This document shows, piece by piece, positions 40,843-51,038 of a stretch of 64,000 nucleotides of DNA (positions within the stretch are counted from its first letter, which is position 1; each line of letters opens with the position of its first letter). A program made the position numbers and the translations under genes. The notes beneath the pieces are model-generated. The model searched no databases. It had not been told where the DNA came from and saw only the letters and a list, made by a program, of their open reading frames with translations. Source of the DNA: Candidatus Heimdallarchaeota archaeon (lineage in GTDB: Archaea; Asgardarchaeota; Heimdallarchaeia; JABLTI01); assembly GCA_019056785.1 (NCBI GenBank), contig DXJV01000068.1, positions 32,001 to 96,000 on the forward strand. Direction: 5' to 3'.

Positions 40843-42176
40843 AAAACATTCAACTCTTTAAGATGAGTGACTCGTTTTTGTATGAGTTCTTCTGTTCCGA
40901 CATCTTTTCGATGGAAGAGTGGGCCGTTTACGAAACTTGTTGCTTTTTCAGCTTTTTTCTCGGCTTCGCTTATGGACTCTGCAATCCCAACAATTGCTAT
41001 TGCTCTCGAGGTTGTGGTAATAATCTTTCCTGGTTCAATTTCATTTACTGAGGAATAGAACAATTCAACTTGTTCCTCTTTTATTTGTTCATAATTGATT
41101 TCAATAGGCTCTTCCTTTTTTGGCGCGACCGGATATCCTTCTGGAACCAGATATTTGCAAACGGTGGCTTTCTTTTCAAACTCTACTTTTATACTTGCCA
41201 AATCACCCTTTATCATTGCCATAAAGATATCGATTAAAGGTGTTTTCAAGAGTGGCAAGACATTCATTGCTTCCGGGTCGCCAAACCGAGCATTAAATTC
41301 GATGAGTTTCAAGCCCTTCGGTGTTAGCATAAAACCACCATAAAGAATGCCGATATATTCTTCTCCCGTTTCTTGCTTGATAGCTTTTGCAGTTTGTTTG
41401 ACAATTTCTAAAGCTTTTTGAACAACTTCGGCCGAGATGAATGGAAGAAGGTGGTCTTCCGCACTATAAGAACCCATACCTCCCGTATTGGGTCCTTTAT
41501 CTCCTTCATAGGCTCGCTTGTGGTCCTGGGCTATTGGTGTGGGAACAACTTGTTCGCCGGCAACAAAACATTGTAATGAGAACTCTTCACCCTCGAGTAA
41601 CTCTTCTATTACAACTGCTTCCCCTTTGTCAAACACTTCTTGACAGTATTTTATAACTTCCTCGAGATTCTTTAAGTGCTCTCCCATCAATTTTACGCCT
41701 TTTCCTCCGGCCAACCCGTCTCGTTTTACTGCCACCTTCCCAACAGCATCAACATATTTGGAAATCTCCTCGAGTGGTGTATCGGGCAGAAAAATCCGAT
41801 AGGCAGGGAGCCCGGCTATATTGTATTTTTGCATTAATTTTCTTGTAAAACTTTTTGATGATTCAATCTTTGCGGCTGCTTTTTTTGGCCCGATAGCCGG
41901 CACGCCCAATTCGTGTAAGAAGTCCACAATACCATCAGCCAAAGGGTTTTCCGGACCTATAACCGCCAATGCTGGTTGGACTTTCTTAACGAAGGCTTCT
42001 AAAGCTTGGAAATCATTCAATTTAGCAAGTTCAATGGCAGTTGCTAAACGTGCTATTCCGGGATTTTTGGCTTTCATAAAAGCGTAGAGTTCTAAATCGC
42101 TTTTTTTCAAGCTTTTGGCAATCGCATGTTCCCGTGCTCCTTGCCCCACAAGCAAGACTTTTATTTTCTCAGCCAT
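40839..42176 (-). CDS. purD: Phosphoribosylamine-glycine ligase
   Basis: GAREHA, GPENPL, GLAGGKGV, QDHKR, GPNTGGMG, EFNARFGDPE. Confidence 0.97.
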   Translation of the reverse strand: MAEKIKVLLVGQGAREHAIAKSLKKSDLELYAFMKAKNPGIARLATAIELAKLNDFQALEAFVKKVQPALAVIGPENPLADGIVDFLHELGVPAIGPKKAAAKIESSKSFTRKLMQKYNIAGLPAYRIFLPDTPLEEISKYVDAVGKVAVKRDGLAGGKGVKLMGEHLKNLEEVIKYCQEVFDKGEAVVIEELLEGEEFSLQCFVAGEQVVPTPIAQDHKRAYEGDKGPNTGGMGSYSAEDHLLPFISAEVVQKALEIVKQTAKAIKQETGEEYIGILYGGFMLTPKGLKLIEFNARFGDPEAMNVLPLLKTPLIDIFMAMIKGDLASIKVEFEKKATVCKYLVPEGYPVAPKKEEPIEINYEQIKEEQVELFYSSVNEIEPGKIITTTSRAIAIVGIAESISEAEKKAEKATSFVNGPLFHRKDVGTEELIQKRVTHLKELNVL

Positions 42177-42387
42177 CTTTCTTATCTCTCACAATCCATT
42201 TGTGTTTTACACTACCAACTTCCTCTTTAAAATTTTATTCTCATTTTAAAACCACCTTCACCTTAAACTAAAAAAAGGAAGAAAGAATTGGAAAAGTGAA
42301 TTTGAAATTAGTGCTTTTAGTGTCCTTTAGAGATAGGTGTTGTTATTAGTTGGGATGTTCAAGTATTAGTTACACCAACCATCTGAG

Positions 42388-42717
42388 CTATTCTTCGAGA
42401 AAGAGAAAGTCATCTTTGATGAGTAGACGATAAATGGTGGTGTTTTTAGCCTTTTTAAACCAGCCTGCCAGTGTGCCTGGTTGTTTTAGCAATTCGCCTG
42501 TCTTGAGGTTAAAGATGGCCCCGTGCAAGGGGCATTGGATGGTTTTATCCACCAGTTTTCCCTTTGCCAAATTTCCTTTCAAGTGAGTGCACTTTCGATC
42601 GATCGCATAAAAAGTGTCTTCAACTTTAAAGACAGCGATATCTTTCTTTCCCACTCGGAAAGTTTTAACATTCTCTTCTCCAAATTCAGAAACCGCGCAG
42701 AGTTTTATTTGGGGCAT
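42388..42717 (-). CDS. Rieske [2Fe-2S] ferredoxin
   Basis: CTH...CPLHG ligands; ATG at 42717 preferred (ORF opens at 42729). Confidence 0.9.
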   Translation of the reverse strand: MPQIKLCAVSEFGEENVKTFRVGKKDIAVFKVEDTFYAIDRKCTHLKGNLAKGKLVDKTIQCPLHGAIFNLKTGELLKQPGTLAGWFKKAKNTTIYRLLIKDDFLFLEE

Positions 42718-42878
42718 TAAATCTTCCACAACTATTCTTTTTACAACTACTAATTATTTTAACAATTAAAATTTTATCCCCAAAAAGGCCCTTAATGAAA
42801 GAAAGTACATTCGAAAATTTACCAAAAGACATTTTAATTGAGAGAAAAAAGCTGCTCGCAATCATACATTAGTAAAGG

Positions 42879-44249
42879 ATGTTCGTTTTAATGGCAGAAG
42901 AATATTTGGACACCCCACTTGATTATGGCGAAGAAGAGATCAATTATTTCATACCGAAAGGTGCCAATGCAAAAGTGCTGGAAATTACAGGTGACTTCCC
43001 AGAAATAACAAATATTGAAGAAGCACTTACCAAAGTTTTAGAACAACCTCTCGATAGCCCTCCACTCAAAGAAGTGATTGCAAAACATTATTCAAAAGGG
43101 AAAACGGTTATCATTCTGGTTGATGACAACACACGACCAAACATACATTCGCGAATTTTGTTGCCGGTTCTCTTTCCGAAATTGCTAGAATATGGTATCG
43201 AGGCAAAAGACATCAAAATTTTGGTGGCGAGCGGAACCCATCGTCCACCAACTGATGATGAAATTGAACGGAAAATTTTAGGAAAAGAAATCTGGGCAAA
43301 ATACCGGGAACATGTTATCATTCACAATTGTGATGAGGGTGTCACTAAAATCGGCGTTTCAACGCGAGGAACACCCATTTATTTGAATAACGATGCTCTT
43401 AATGCGTGCTTAATCATTCCAATGACAGACTCTGAATATCATTACTTTGCAGGTGTCGCTGGAACGGTGAAACAATTTTTCCCGGGTATTGCCGGTCGGA
43501 AAACCATTAGCATCAACCATCCCAAGGCTTTCTCAAAGGAAACAGGATTCAAACCTGAGTGCAGATTAGGAAATACCAAAGGGAACCCTGTCATCCAAGA
43601 CATGAAAGAAATGGTTCAGAAAGTGATGGAGACGAAAGCTGTTTTCTGTATTGACACTGTCCTTCATCAAAAGAAAATTGTTTATCTCAATGCAGGCAAT
43701 ATTGTCTCACTTCATGAAAAAGCCCGCGAAATCCTAAAACCCTTACGCATTATAGAAGTGGAACGTGGTGGAGACCTTGTTATCGTTACTACAGGTGAAT
43801 TGGGCTTAAACCTCTACCAAGCTGGAAAAGGAGTACATGCTGCTTGGAATGCTGCAAAGAAAGGTGGAAAAATCCTGCTCCTTGCACGAGCACAAGACGG
43901 CGTTGGCAACAAAGCTTACCATGAAACTATGCTTGCAGTTAAAGATATGGATTTGGATGAAGCACTCGCGTGGGTAGTGGCAAACAAATGTAGCGAAGAA
44001 ACATTCAAAATTGGCAACCAAAAACCAGTGGACCTTTTACGTATCCTGAAAGAAAACCAAATTGATATGATTACAGAGATGGACCACACTGAACTGAAGA
44101 ACACCTTTAGAATTAATGGTATAGGGATCCAGGGCTCAGTTCAAGAAACATTAAGAAATTACGTGAAAAAATTCCTCGAAGAAAAACCCGACGGCCTTAT
44201 TTACATAATGGCAGATGCAGGCATCTACGTGATGCCGAAAGAAGCATAA
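42879..44249 (+). CDS. larA: LarA-family nickel-pincer racemase/epimerase
   Basis: DNTRP, GTHR, HYFAGxxGxxK, NH, NLYQAGK motifs; substrate unknown. Confidence 0.85.
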   Translation: MFVLMAEEYLDTPLDYGEEEINYFIPKGANAKVLEITGDFPEITNIEEALTKVLEQPLDSPPLKEVIAKHYSKGKTVIILVDDNTRPNIHSRILLPVLFPKLLEYGIEAKDIKILVASGTHRPPTDDEIERKILGKEIWAKYREHVIIHNCDEGVTKIGVSTRGTPIYLNNDALNACLIIPMTDSEYHYFAGVAGTVKQFFPGIAGRKTISINHPKAFSKETGFKPECRLGNTKGNPVIQDMKEMVQKVMETKAVFCIDTVLHQKKIVYLNAGNIVSLHEKAREILKPLRIIEVERGGDLVIVTTGELGLNLYQAGKGVHAAWNAAKKGGKILLLARAQDGVGNKAYHETMLAVKDMDLDEALAWVVANKCSEETFKIGNQKPVDLLRILKENQIDMITEMDHTELKNTFRINGIGIQGSVQETLRNYVKKFLEEKPDGLIYIMADAGIYVMPKEA

Positions 44250-44433
44250 GCTCTTCTTTCCTTTTTCTTTTTTTATTAGTGAAAATCCTTTCATTCTCTT
44301 GAATGACTTTTGTTTAATTCTGATGGGAAAGTTAAAATAACAGATAAAATCCCTTCTGCATAAGGAGCACACGCTAATTTAGCAACAATTGTTCCTTCCT
44401 TAGAATAATCGTTTTAAAAGTGTGTGAAGAAAC

Positions 44434-44694
44434 TTGGCCGATTTTAAATGTGAAATCATTATTGAAGGAAAAAAGAATGCTCGTGACCCTGAAGGGGAAA
44501 CGATCATGCGAGATTTGATGATTAAGCATGGCTATGACATGGTTCACTCTGTTCGTAGCGGCAAAATCTTGAGAGTCAATTTAACAGCCAAAGATGCAAA
44601 AGAAGCAGAGGCTATCTGTTGGAAAATGGTCAATGAGTTGCGAATTTATAATCCCGTAGCTCATTCTTGTACTATTAAGGTCCTAACAGAATAG
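44434..44694 (+). CDS. purS: FGAM synthase subunit PurS
   Basis: DPEG and NPV motifs, 86 aa, upstream of purQ; TTG start. Confidence 0.92.
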   Translation: MADFKCEIIIEGKKNARDPEGETIMRDLMIKHGYDMVHSVRSGKILRVNLTAKDAKEAEAICWKMVNELRIYNPVAHSCTIKVLTE

Positions 44695-44721
44695 AAGGAA
44701 AGACGCTCGGTGAGTAGTTAA

Positions 44722-45441
44722 ATGCCAATGAAAGTTATTGTCATTCAATTTTCAGGTTCAACTTGCGATCGCGACCTTGTTTATGCCATGCGCGAAATAA
44801 TGGGTTGGGAAGTTGACCTTGTCTGGTATAAAGAAGTGACCCACAAATTAGACAATTATGATGCAATTTTTCTTCCCGGAGGTTTTACTTATGGAGATTA
44901 TCTCCGCGCAGGGGTTATTGCGGCCTATACACCTGTAATGCAAGAAGTGAAGACTCTTGCAAAGGAAGGGATGCCTGTCTTTGGCATTTGTAATGGCTTC
45001 CAGATCTTGGTGGAATCACAATTGCTTCCAGGAGCTTTGATTGGCAATGATACACTTCGCTTCAGTTGCAAGTGGGTCAATCTTCGAGTGGAGACATCCA
45101 GAAGTGCGGCGACAAAGTTAGGGGTAAAAGGCGACCTCTGGCGAATACCAATTGCACATGGTGAAGGGCGGTACTTTATAGACGAAAAGGGATTGAAAGA
45201 ATTAATTGATAATGATCAAATTGTCTGGCGATACGTTAATGAACATAGTGAACCAACTAAAGAAAGCAATCCAAATGGTTCCATTGATAATATTGCCGGC
45301 ATTTGCAACCTCGAGGGAAACGTTGTTGGATTAATGCCACATCCAGAGCGTGCGGCAGAGAGTATTCTCAGTCCCTGGGAAACAGACCATGGGCGGCTTT
45401 ATTTTAAATCCATTGAGAATTTCCATCGGGAGATGATGTAA
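44722..45441 (+). CDS. purQ: FGAM synthase glutaminase PurQ
   Basis: [31 protein letters not shown]. Confidence 0.97.
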   Translation: MPMKVIVIQFSGSTCDRDLVYAMREIMGWEVDLVWYKEVTHKLDNYDAIFLPGGFTYGDYLRAGVIAAYTPVMQEVKTLAKEGMPVFGICNGFQILVESQLLPGALIGNDTLRFSCKWVNLRVETSRSAATKLGVKGDLWRIPIAHGEGRYFIDEKGLKELIDNDQIVWRYVNEHSEPTKESNPNGSIDNIAGICNLEGNVVGLMPHPERAAESILSPWETDHGRLYFKSIENFHREMM

Positions 45442-45443
45442 GA

Positions 45444-47693
45444 ATGACGCAAGAAACAGTGAAGAAAAACGAACTAAACCTTACAAAAGAGGAAAAAGAA
45501 GCAGTGTTTACCACTTTAAAACGTGACCTTACGCTCCCTGAAGCAGCAATGTTAGAAGTAATGAATTCTGAGCACTGCAGTTATAAAAGTTCGCGGCCTG
45601 TATTGCCAAAATTACCAACAGAGGGGCCTCAGGTGATTTGTGGTCCGGGCGAGGATGCAGGTGTGGTGGATATAGGTGATGGATTAGCTCTGGTGTTTAA
45701 ACTCGAGTCACATAACCACCCCAGTGCCTTAGATCCTTACAATGGCGCGGCAACGGGCATTGGTGGCATCATTCGGGACATTCTTTGTATGGGAGCTAGA
45801 CCCATTGGGTTGCTAGACAGCTTTCGTTTTGGTCCACTCTCAAATCCACACACAAAATGGTTATTAAAATGGGTGACGAAAGGAGTTGGCGATTATGGCA
45901 ATTGTGTTGGAATTGCAAATGCAGGTGGCGAAATTGAATTTGACCCCTCGTTCCAGGTAAATTGCCTTATAAATGTTGGCTGTTTTGGGGTCATGAGAAA
46001 AGAGGAACTGGCATTAAGTCGCGCAACCACTCCTGGAGACAAACTTATCCTTCTTGGAGGATCAACTGGTCGAGATGGCATCGGTGGTGCATCCTTCGCT
46101 TCTAAAAATATAACAGATGAATCTGAAAGTGATAGAGGGGCAGTGCAAATTGGTGACCCCTACATGAAAAAGCTCATTATTGATGCAACTCTCGAGGCAA
46201 TACAAGTGGGACTAGTGGCCGGTTTGAAAGATCTTGGCGCTGCGGGGGTTACTTGCTCGATTTCAGAAACTGCTGATGCAGGCGGGACTGGCACTGAAAT
46301 AGATCTTGAAAAAATAAGGATACGCGAAAGTGACATGGAACCTTGGGAGATTCTTGTGAGTGAATCGCAAGAACGAATGTTCTTTATCGTTAAACCTGAG
46401 AATGTTGAAAAAATTAGTGCAATATTTAAGAAGTATGACTTACCCTATGAAATTTTGGGAACTGTGACAGATTCCGGGCATTGTGTCGTGAAATATAAAG
46501 GACAAAAAATTGTGGATTTGCCTGCTCATCTTTTAACCAAACCTCCCACAACCAAACGAAAGACAAGAAAACCAAAGTATCTTTCTAAATTGGATCAAAA
46601 ATGGCTTCCCAAGGAACCAAAAGTAGAAGAGTACAATGACCTTTGTCGAAGATTAATGGCAAGCGACAATATCATAAGTAGAGAGTGGGTCTATCGGCAA
46701 TATGATACCGAAATAGGATTGCATTCTGTTGTAAAATCAGGGGAAGGAGACGCCGGTGTGTTTCGGCTCCAAGAATTTGGAACAAAAAGAGGGGTAGCAG
46801 TTACGTTTGATGGCAACTCAAGTCAGTGTTATTTAGACCCTTACAATGGCTCAGCAGCACTTCTTGTTGAAGCGTGCTGTAATATTGCAGCTGTGGGGGC
46901 CAAACCGCTGGCATTTACAGACTGCTTGAACTTTGGCAACCCCGAAGATCCAGAGGTGTTCTGGACATTTGAAAAAGCAGTTGAAGGGTTAGCAGATGCA
47001 GCCAAAGTATTAGAAGTACCATGTGTCGGGGGGAATGTGAGTTTCTATAATCACGACGAAGCTAATAATGTTGCAGTTAAACCTTCACCAGTGGTTTTTG
47101 TTGCAGGCGTTCTTGAAGATGCCACAAAAGCTGTAAATAAAAAACTCAAAGCTGCGGACGAATTTATTTTCCTCGTAGGGGAAACGAAAACAGAACTTGG
47201 CGGTTCAGAATATGCTAAAGTGGCTTATAACTCAGAAAATGGCCTTGTACCACAGGTTGACTTGTCGAAAGCAAAACTAATCATTCAAGACATTATCAAA
47301 GTTATCAAAGAAGGGTTAGTGACTGCTTGTCATGATATTTCTAAAGGCGGCTTTTTTGTAGCATTAACTGAAATGGCCCTAGCCGGGAATCTCGGTTTTG
47401 ATATCAACTTACGACGGATAGTAGCAGATACGGAACGGAGCGACATTAAACTCTTCTCAGAAACACCGGCACGTTTCATTATCACAACAAAAGAAGAGAA
47501 CATTGAGAAAATCATTGCTACGTTTGCTCGACACGAAATCCCTGCCTCCTTCCTTGGGAAAGTGAGTTCTGAAAAACGGCTAGTAATCCAGGACAAAGAT
47601 AAGCAGCTTGTCAATCTTTCATTAGATGAGATAAATCAAGTGTGGAAATATCGTTTGGAAGAAGAGATGGAAGGGAAGAAAGAAGAGAGGTAA
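45444..47693 (+). CDS. purL: FGAM synthase subunit PurL (small form)
   Basis: SEHCSYKSS, ESHNHPS, TGRDGIGGA, SESQERM, LNFGNP, GGNVSFYN. Confidence 0.97.
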   Translation: MTQETVKKNELNLTKEEKEAVFTTLKRDLTLPEAAMLEVMNSEHCSYKSSRPVLPKLPTEGPQVICGPGEDAGVVDIGDGLALVFKLESHNHPSALDPYNGAATGIGGIIRDILCMGARPIGLLDSFRFGPLSNPHTKWLLKWVTKGVGDYGNCVGIANAGGEIEFDPSFQVNCLINVGCFGVMRKEELALSRATTPGDKLILLGGSTGRDGIGGASFASKNITDESESDRGAVQIGDPYMKKLIIDATLEAIQVGLVAGLKDLGAAGVTCSISETADAGGTGTEIDLEKIRIRESDMEPWEILVSESQERMFFIVKPENVEKISAIFKKYDLPYEILGTVTDSGHCVVKYKGQKIVDLPAHLLTKPPTTKRKTRKPKYLSKLDQKWLPKEPKVEEYNDLCRRLMASDNIISREWVYRQYDTEIGLHSVVKSGEGDAGVFRLQEFGTKRGVAVTFDGNSSQCYLDPYNGSAALLVEACCNIAAVGAKPLAFTDCLNFGNPEDPEVFWTFEKAVEGLADAAKVLEVPCVGGNVSFYNHDEANNVAVKPSPVVFVAGVLEDATKAVNKKLKAADEFIFLVGETKTELGGSEYAKVAYNSENGLVPQVDLSKAKLIIQDIIKVIKEGLVTACHDISKGGFFVALTEMALAGNLGFDINLRRIVADTERSDIKLFSETPARFIITTKEENIEKIIATFARHEIPASFLGKVSSEKRLVIQDKDKQLVNLSLDEINQVWKYRLEEEMEGKKEER

Positions 47694-47727
47694 TAATCCA
47701 GATAGTTTTCAAACCCACCATTTTTTC

Positions 47728-48231
47728 TCATTCTTTTTCATTAAATCTGTTATCAGCAGAAATGCGAAGCTGTTGGGCCAATTTTTCATCATGACCTTCC
47801 AGCCAGCCGGCCTTCGACCCAGGGAAAACATCAAAATAATGAATATATGGTTTAATATCAAGAAGAGGAGTACCATCAAGAACATCAAGGTTTTTAATGT
47901 AAAGTTTGTTTCCAACAATTTTTTCTAGTTCCACAACGGTAATGCCTATTGCGTTTGGCCTTCGAGGACCCCTAAGAGCGAAAACACCATGAGGAACGTC
48001 TTCTAGATAAGGCTTGGTTTTCAAGTTAAAACCTTTTGCTTTATGAAAATGGTAGAGTAGAATCAGATGAGAAAATGCCTCTAGCCCCTCCAGCCCCTCA
48101 CAAAATTCGTTAAAAAGCTCAATTACGCCTTTCGTTCCGGTAGCAAATTTTGCTTGTATTGGTGTGCCTTGTTGTTCCTTAAAGGGGGAACGAATAACAC
48201 CAATGGGTTTATACTTAATGAATTTCTTCAT
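47728..48231 (-). CDS. tsaA: tRNA (t6A37) N6-methyltransferase TrmO/TsaA
   Basis: PIGVIRSPF, GVFALRGPRRPNAIG, LDVLDGTPLLDIKPY; real start ATG 48231, not 48360. Confidence 0.9.
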   Translation of the reverse strand: MKKFIKYKPIGVIRSPFKEQQGTPIQAKFATGTKGVIELFNEFCEGLEGLEAFSHLILLYHFHKAKGFNLKTKPYLEDVPHGVFALRGPRRPNAIGITVVELEKIVGNKLYIKNLDVLDGTPLLDIKPYIHYFDVFPGSKAGWLEGHDEKLAQQLRISADNRFNEKE

Positions 48232-48347
48232 GATACTATTCCACTCGCCGTATTTAGTTAATACAATTGATTTTCCAAAAAAGAATCTAGTGGTTATTTT
48301 GAACATAATTTTTTTCCCCCTCTCAAAAAACGAAAGAGAAAAACAAA

Positions 48348-49847
48348 ATGGCTGCTTCAACGCTATCTAAAAGCTTTAAAAGAACAGTAAAAATAGCTTC
48401 ATATGAGGATGCTTCTTTGTCGATTAAAGACCATTGTGGCATAATTGGTATTCGTACAACTAAACGAATCAATGACCTTGGTTTTTTAATTTATCAAGGA
48501 TTGCTTGCTTTACAACACCGAGGACAGTCCAGTGCAGGGATAACGGTCGTAAATAAGAAAAACATGAAAACCATCTCAGATCTCGGCTTTGTAAAAGATA
48601 TTTTTGATAAGAATACCCTTGCAGCATTAAAAGGGAAATTCGGCATTGGGCATGTTCGCTATCCAACTGCGGGGACAGACTTAGCTGTTGGGATCCAACC
48701 CTTTGGTTTGCTCACGAAACAATTTAAGTTGTCAATTGCTTTTAATGGTACGATTTCTAATTTTGAAGAAGTACGGAACTTCCTCATGGAAGAAGGCTTT
48801 CGCTTTAGCCACGACACTGACACTGAAGTTATTGGCAAACTACTCGATTATGCTTTGGAGCTCCATGATGGTGACCTCTTAAAAGCATGCAGAGTATTGT
48901 ATGACAAACTCGCCGGCGCATTTTCAATTCTCTTTGCAACAAATCGGGGTGAAATGGTTGCCCTTCGAGATCCCCTTGGCTTCAAACCACTGGTTTATGG
49001 AAAATCAAAGGAAGGAGATATTGTTATAGCTTCTGAAACAATCGGGCTATCTATTGTGGGCGCTAAATTTGAAGCTGACGTGAAACCTGGCGAAGCATTA
49101 ATTATCACTGAAAAGAATTTTAAAAAGAAACGGTTAGTTGAACGCAGCAGCTATGCACATTGTATGTTTGAATGGGTCTATTTTGCTCGACCGGATGCGA
49201 TAATCGATGGCATCTCTGCCTATGAAGCCCGAGAGAGAATTGGCCGAGCGCTTGGAAAATTGTTTTTAGAACGCAACTTTCAAGCTGATCTTGTCGTACC
49301 TATTCCTGACTCAGGACGGATAGCCGCCATTGGTTTTGCAAAGGAAACGGGTATTGAATATACCGAAGCACTTATCCGGAATCGCTATATTGGCAGAACC
49401 TTCATTATGCCCCGACAATCAGCTCGGGAAGAAGCCGTGAAATTAAAATTGAATATCATGTCAAATCTCATAAAGGGGAAGAATGTCGTTCTTGTGGATG
49501 ACTCCATTGTTCGCGGCACCACTTCAAAAGGCATTATTAAGATGGTTCGAGATGCAGGTGCGAAAAAAGTCTTCTTGGCGGTAAGTTGCCCCAAACTAAT
49601 TAATCCATGCTTTATGGGGACAGACTTTCCAACAGAGCGAGAGCTGATCGCTTGTGGACGAACTGATGAGGAGATTGCCGAGATTTTAGGGGTAGATGCG
49701 GTTATTTATAACACTGTTCCTTTGCTGGTAGACTCTATCGGTTTTGATAAATGGCCCGAAAATAAGAACCTCTGTCTGGCATGTTTAACGGGGGAATATC
49801 CCATAGATGCACCCATTTCGAAAGCGCTGCACCAACGAGAGTCTTAA
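48348..49847 (+). CDS. purF: Amidophosphoribosyltransferase (Fe-S type with propeptide)
   Basis: H|CGIIG, LQHRGQ, GHVRY, CMFEWVYFARPD, VDDSIVRGTT, CLAC. Confidence 0.97.
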   Translation: MAASTLSKSFKRTVKIASYEDASLSIKDHCGIIGIRTTKRINDLGFLIYQGLLALQHRGQSSAGITVVNKKNMKTISDLGFVKDIFDKNTLAALKGKFGIGHVRYPTAGTDLAVGIQPFGLLTKQFKLSIAFNGTISNFEEVRNFLMEEGFRFSHDTDTEVIGKLLDYALELHDGDLLKACRVLYDKLAGAFSILFATNRGEMVALRDPLGFKPLVYGKSKEGDIVIASETIGLSIVGAKFEADVKPGEALIITEKNFKKKRLVERSSYAHCMFEWVYFARPDAIIDGISAYEARERIGRALGKLFLERNFQADLVVPIPDSGRIAAIGFAKETGIEYTEALIRNRYIGRTFIMPRQSAREEAVKLKLNIMSNLIKGKNVVLVDDSIVRGTTSKGIIKMVRDAGAKKVFLAVSCPKLINPCFMGTDFPTERELIACGRTDEEIAEILGVDAVIYNTVPLLVDSIGFDKWPENKNLCLACLTGEYPIDAPISKALHQRES

Positions 49848-49922
49848 GGAGAGCAATTATGTGGCAATTTTTGAAACTATAGAAAGCCCCTTGAGATTTT
49901 TTTCCAAGAAAAATAGTTTATA

Positions 49923-49948
49923 AACTGTTGCGAGAGATTGTTTATAAT
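49923..49948 (+). promoter_or_regulatory. Putative BRE/TATA promoter of module 1
   Basis: AACTGTTGCGAGAGATTGTTTATAAT matches 52296-52321 at 21 of 26 positions. Confidence 0.65.
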
Positions 49949-50000
49949 CTTTCAAAAGCATTTAATATATAGAATTAATACTGAGGTTAGAGTTAAAGCT

Positions 50001-50990
50001 ATGTCAAAAAAAAGAATGACTGCCTATTATACAATCTTTCTTATTGTAAATCTAGTTATCTTATCTATAATACCAATACACACTAATGGAAGTGCGTTCA
50101 TTAGTGTTCATACTAGCTTTGATAGGATCTCTATTACCTCTTCAAAAATGGCGTTCATTATTAATAATTTTCGACCTCAATTCACTTGGTGGCATGATAA
50201 TGTGAGTGCTCCCGATGAGATTTTTAATGTTTTTTTTTTGGGATTGTATGAATATTTTGGCCCGGATGACTATTTATCTGGCACCGGTGAATTGGGAGGG
50301 TTAAGTTACAATTTGGACACGAGCAACTGGGAGTATAAAATCACTGAAACGGTTTCCGAGGTTAAGGTCAATTTAACGCTCACGGGATTGGCAAATGATG
50401 CTTCACTCTCATTTATAATTCACATTTCCGAGCAGGAGCGAGCTTTAACATATACCGGTTATTACATTGCTGCATTTACTGAAGCATGGCTTGAAATTAT
50501 TATCAATAATTGGAAGTTAACACCCGGCGCGAAGGGCGTTGCAATAAAATCTGAAGTATTCGAATCCGCAAATACTTTTGGAACAACTGTTGTTAATGAT
50601 AGCTCTCAAACAATGAATAATCTTGATTCGTTGTATTTTATTAGTTTCCCGGGGACAGCAATTGACAAAGCTTACTTCAAGTGGGTTATGCTTGCTGATT
50701 ATTTCAATGAAACGAACGACTTCTTAATAGCTAAATACCTTGGAAAAGCCTTCTTTAATAACACCTATGACCCGGAATATGCCACTGCAACTCACCTCTG
50801 GCTTTCGTATCCAAAAGTTAGCACCATCCTGACAATTAAGCATAATACGATCTTAGGAGTGTATAAAACAACACCTAGCCCAAGTTATAATGTCGGTGTA
50901 CCACTAGCCTTTGTAGCCGGACTTACGAGCACAATTTTCATTCTTTTAATTGTTAGAAGGAAATGTCGTACAGAAAAATTGCCTTTTTAA
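50001..50990 (+). CDS. Secreted, C-terminally anchored protein (paralog of 52408-53367)
   Basis: Signal peptide, PxFxWW, ELGG, LTLxGLxN, AYxKW, YP motifs shared with paralog; ATG 50001 (ORF opens at 49938). Confidence 0.8.
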   Translation: MSKKRMTAYYTIFLIVNLVILSIIPIHTNGSAFISVHTSFDRISITSSKMAFIINNFRPQFTWWHDNVSAPDEIFNVFFLGLYEYFGPDDYLSGTGELGGLSYNLDTSNWEYKITETVSEVKVNLTLTGLANDASLSFIIHISEQERALTYTGYYIAAFTEAWLEIIINNWKLTPGAKGVAIKSEVFESANTFGTTVVNDSSQTMNNLDSLYFISFPGTAIDKAYFKWVMLADYFNETNDFLIAKYLGKAFFNNTYDPEYATATHLWLSYPKVSTILTIKHNTILGVYKTTPSPSYNVGVPLAFVAGLTSTIFILLIVRRKCRTEKLPF

Positions 50991-51038
50991 CCTTTTTTTC
51001 TTTAGAGACATTATCCTTTTAAGTTATCTTTTAGTAAT

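Noticed and set aside
44250-44433. Purine riboswitch or shared pur operator upstream of purS
   Set aside because: No recognisable aptamer and no motif shared with other pur upstream regions by eye.
48232-48360. N-terminal extension of TsaA overlapping purF
   Set aside because: Low-complexity translation of the divergent promoter; homology-like sequence starts at ATG 48231.
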